Positions 63,077 through 64,000 of a DNA stretch of 64,000 nucleotides are shown in pieces (the first letter of the stretch is position 1; every line of letters starts with the position of its first letter). Source of the stretch: Eukaryota sp. TZLM1-RC (lineage: Eukaryota; Protista; Metamonada: BaSk clade); the NCBI GenBank assembly GCA_040285825.1, contig JAUPSS010000011.1:941658-1005657 (forward strand), in the 5' to 3' direction. The notes beneath the pieces are model-generated. The model worked only from the letters and a program-made list of their open reading frames with translations. It searched no databases and had not been told where the DNA came from. Both the position numbers and the translations under genes were made by a program.

Positions 63077-63832
63077 TCAATAGAGGGAAGATATGGGGTT
63101 TGTTAAACTCTTTGGTGCATCGTTTGTGTGACACAAATAATTTACCTCATGTTTGATTTTAGATGGACAATCGCGGGAGATGTGTCCGGGCTTGTGGCAC
63201 TTGAAGCACGATTGATTTTTTAAATCCTGAGAGCGCCAAGAGGACCTCGTTTTAGTGCCAGCCGTACGTTCCACATCATTCACTGAGGTTTTGAAACCAC
63301 GAGTCCATGAAGCAACCCTAGAGCAGTCCAACAGCTCATCAGTAGTGGTTTCGACAAGAGAGTGAAGATCTGGGAATACATCATCTCGAATTCTCGCTAG
63401 TAGAGAACGTTGAAGACCTACGGGAAGAATTCCTCTGGCAAATCGATTCAGAAAAGCTGTGTCTGGTAACTTCAGTCCGGAAGCCCTACTCTTTACCTGG
63501 AGGAAACGTCGCAGGTAACAGGACATACGTTCTCGGACGTCACCAATACGGACATCAAGCTTCAGTTCTGACATAGCCAGACTAAAATCTTCGTACGTGG
63601 CGAACGATACGACAGATTGAAGATGTCTAAGAAGAACATCGTCACTGGAAGAGACGTCGGATTTCTGGAGAGATAGGGACTCTAACAGAAAAGAATCGAC
63701 CAAGAGTCTTGCTGGAACAAGCTCTTTCTTAGAAGTCACTGAAGAATAGATCTTCCACTCTTGTAGGAACAAGAGAACACTTTCAACTTTCATGGAAGAA
63801 AGAGACGGGAGGTTGACAGAAGGAACAGTCAT
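63077..63832 (-). CDS. gag: Gag-like protein with a CCHC zinc knuckle (251 aa)
   Basis: CFKCHKPGHISRDC knuckle; Y..RF and F..G.L pattern resembling the capsid major homology region; lies between two LTRs. Confidence 0.8.
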   Translation of the reverse strand: MTVPSVNLPSLSSMKVESVLLFLQEWKIYSSVTSKKELVPARLLVDSFLLESLSLQKSDVSSSDDVLLRHLQSVVSFATYEDFSLAMSELKLDVRIGDVRERMSCYLRRFLQVKSRASGLKLPDTAFLNRFARGILPVGLQRSLLARIRDDVFPDLHSLVETTTDELLDCSRVASWTRGFKTSVNDVERTAGTKTRSSWRSQDLKNQSCFKCHKPGHISRDCPSKIKHEVNYLCHTNDAPKSLTNPISSLY

Positions 63833-63858
63833 CTGAAATAAGAAGGGCCAATAATTAT

Positions 63859-63998
63859 TGATGCCGTTAGGCAGATGAACACACGAAGGAGAGAGAGAAA
63901 TCTGTTGTTTATTAATAAAACTGATTCATAAATGAGTATCACGTCATCAGTCGAAATACAAAGAAACCTACTAATTCAATTTGAGTGCAACAACAACA
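63859..63998 (-). repeat. 5' (or internal shared) LTR (140 bp)
   Basis: Direct repeat of 62896-63035 at 963-bp spacing. Confidence 0.85.
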
Positions 63999-64000
63999 CT

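Larger units (their letters stand above)
62896..63998 (-). mobile_element. Small gag-only LTR retrotransposon (1.1 kb)
   Basis: Two apparently identical 140-bp direct repeats (62896-63035, 63859-63998) with TGTTG...CATCA ends on the minus strand; polypurine tract before the 3' LTR; a gag ORF fills the interior. Confidence 0.85.

Noticed and set aside
1-64000. Taxonomic assignment of the host
   Set aside because: No host gene or RNA gene is present. AT richness, the standard code and AATAAA use indicate only a eukaryote.

Overview
AT-rich eukaryotic DNA with no recognisable host gene in 64 kb. Nearly every base belongs to nested, mostly 5'-truncated copies of non-LTR retrotransposons of the restriction-like-endonuclease (RLE) type. 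The RT motifs (RPIAxGE, DFKNAFNSV, QGDPLGP, YMDD), the C-terminal CxC..H..C finger and the RGD/RAD..D..K..KY..PF nuclease best fit the CRE clade. I name the families by their C-termini: A (..FEDIDF), B (..FLDVDL), C (..FEDVEF), D (..VEEILV) and E (..LEDIEF), plus traces of one or two more. I matched 21 target-site-duplication (TSD) pairs of 7-15 bp by eye; all are insertions into other copies of these families, nested up to four deep. Notable points: (1) RLE elements piling into each other with no fixed target gene, a candidate centromere or heterochromatin island; (2) a near-identical ~220-bp 5' module shared by the divergent families A, B and C, containing a covarying hairpin over the start codon; (3) a conserved acidic C-terminal motif; (4) a chimeric 1.85-kb unit amplified in tandem and inverted arrays; (5) a 1.1-kb gag-only LTR element at the right edge. 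Most frameshifts fall in homopolymers and may be sequencing errors. Coordinates were read by eye (a few bp uncertainty). The organism cannot be identified from this window.
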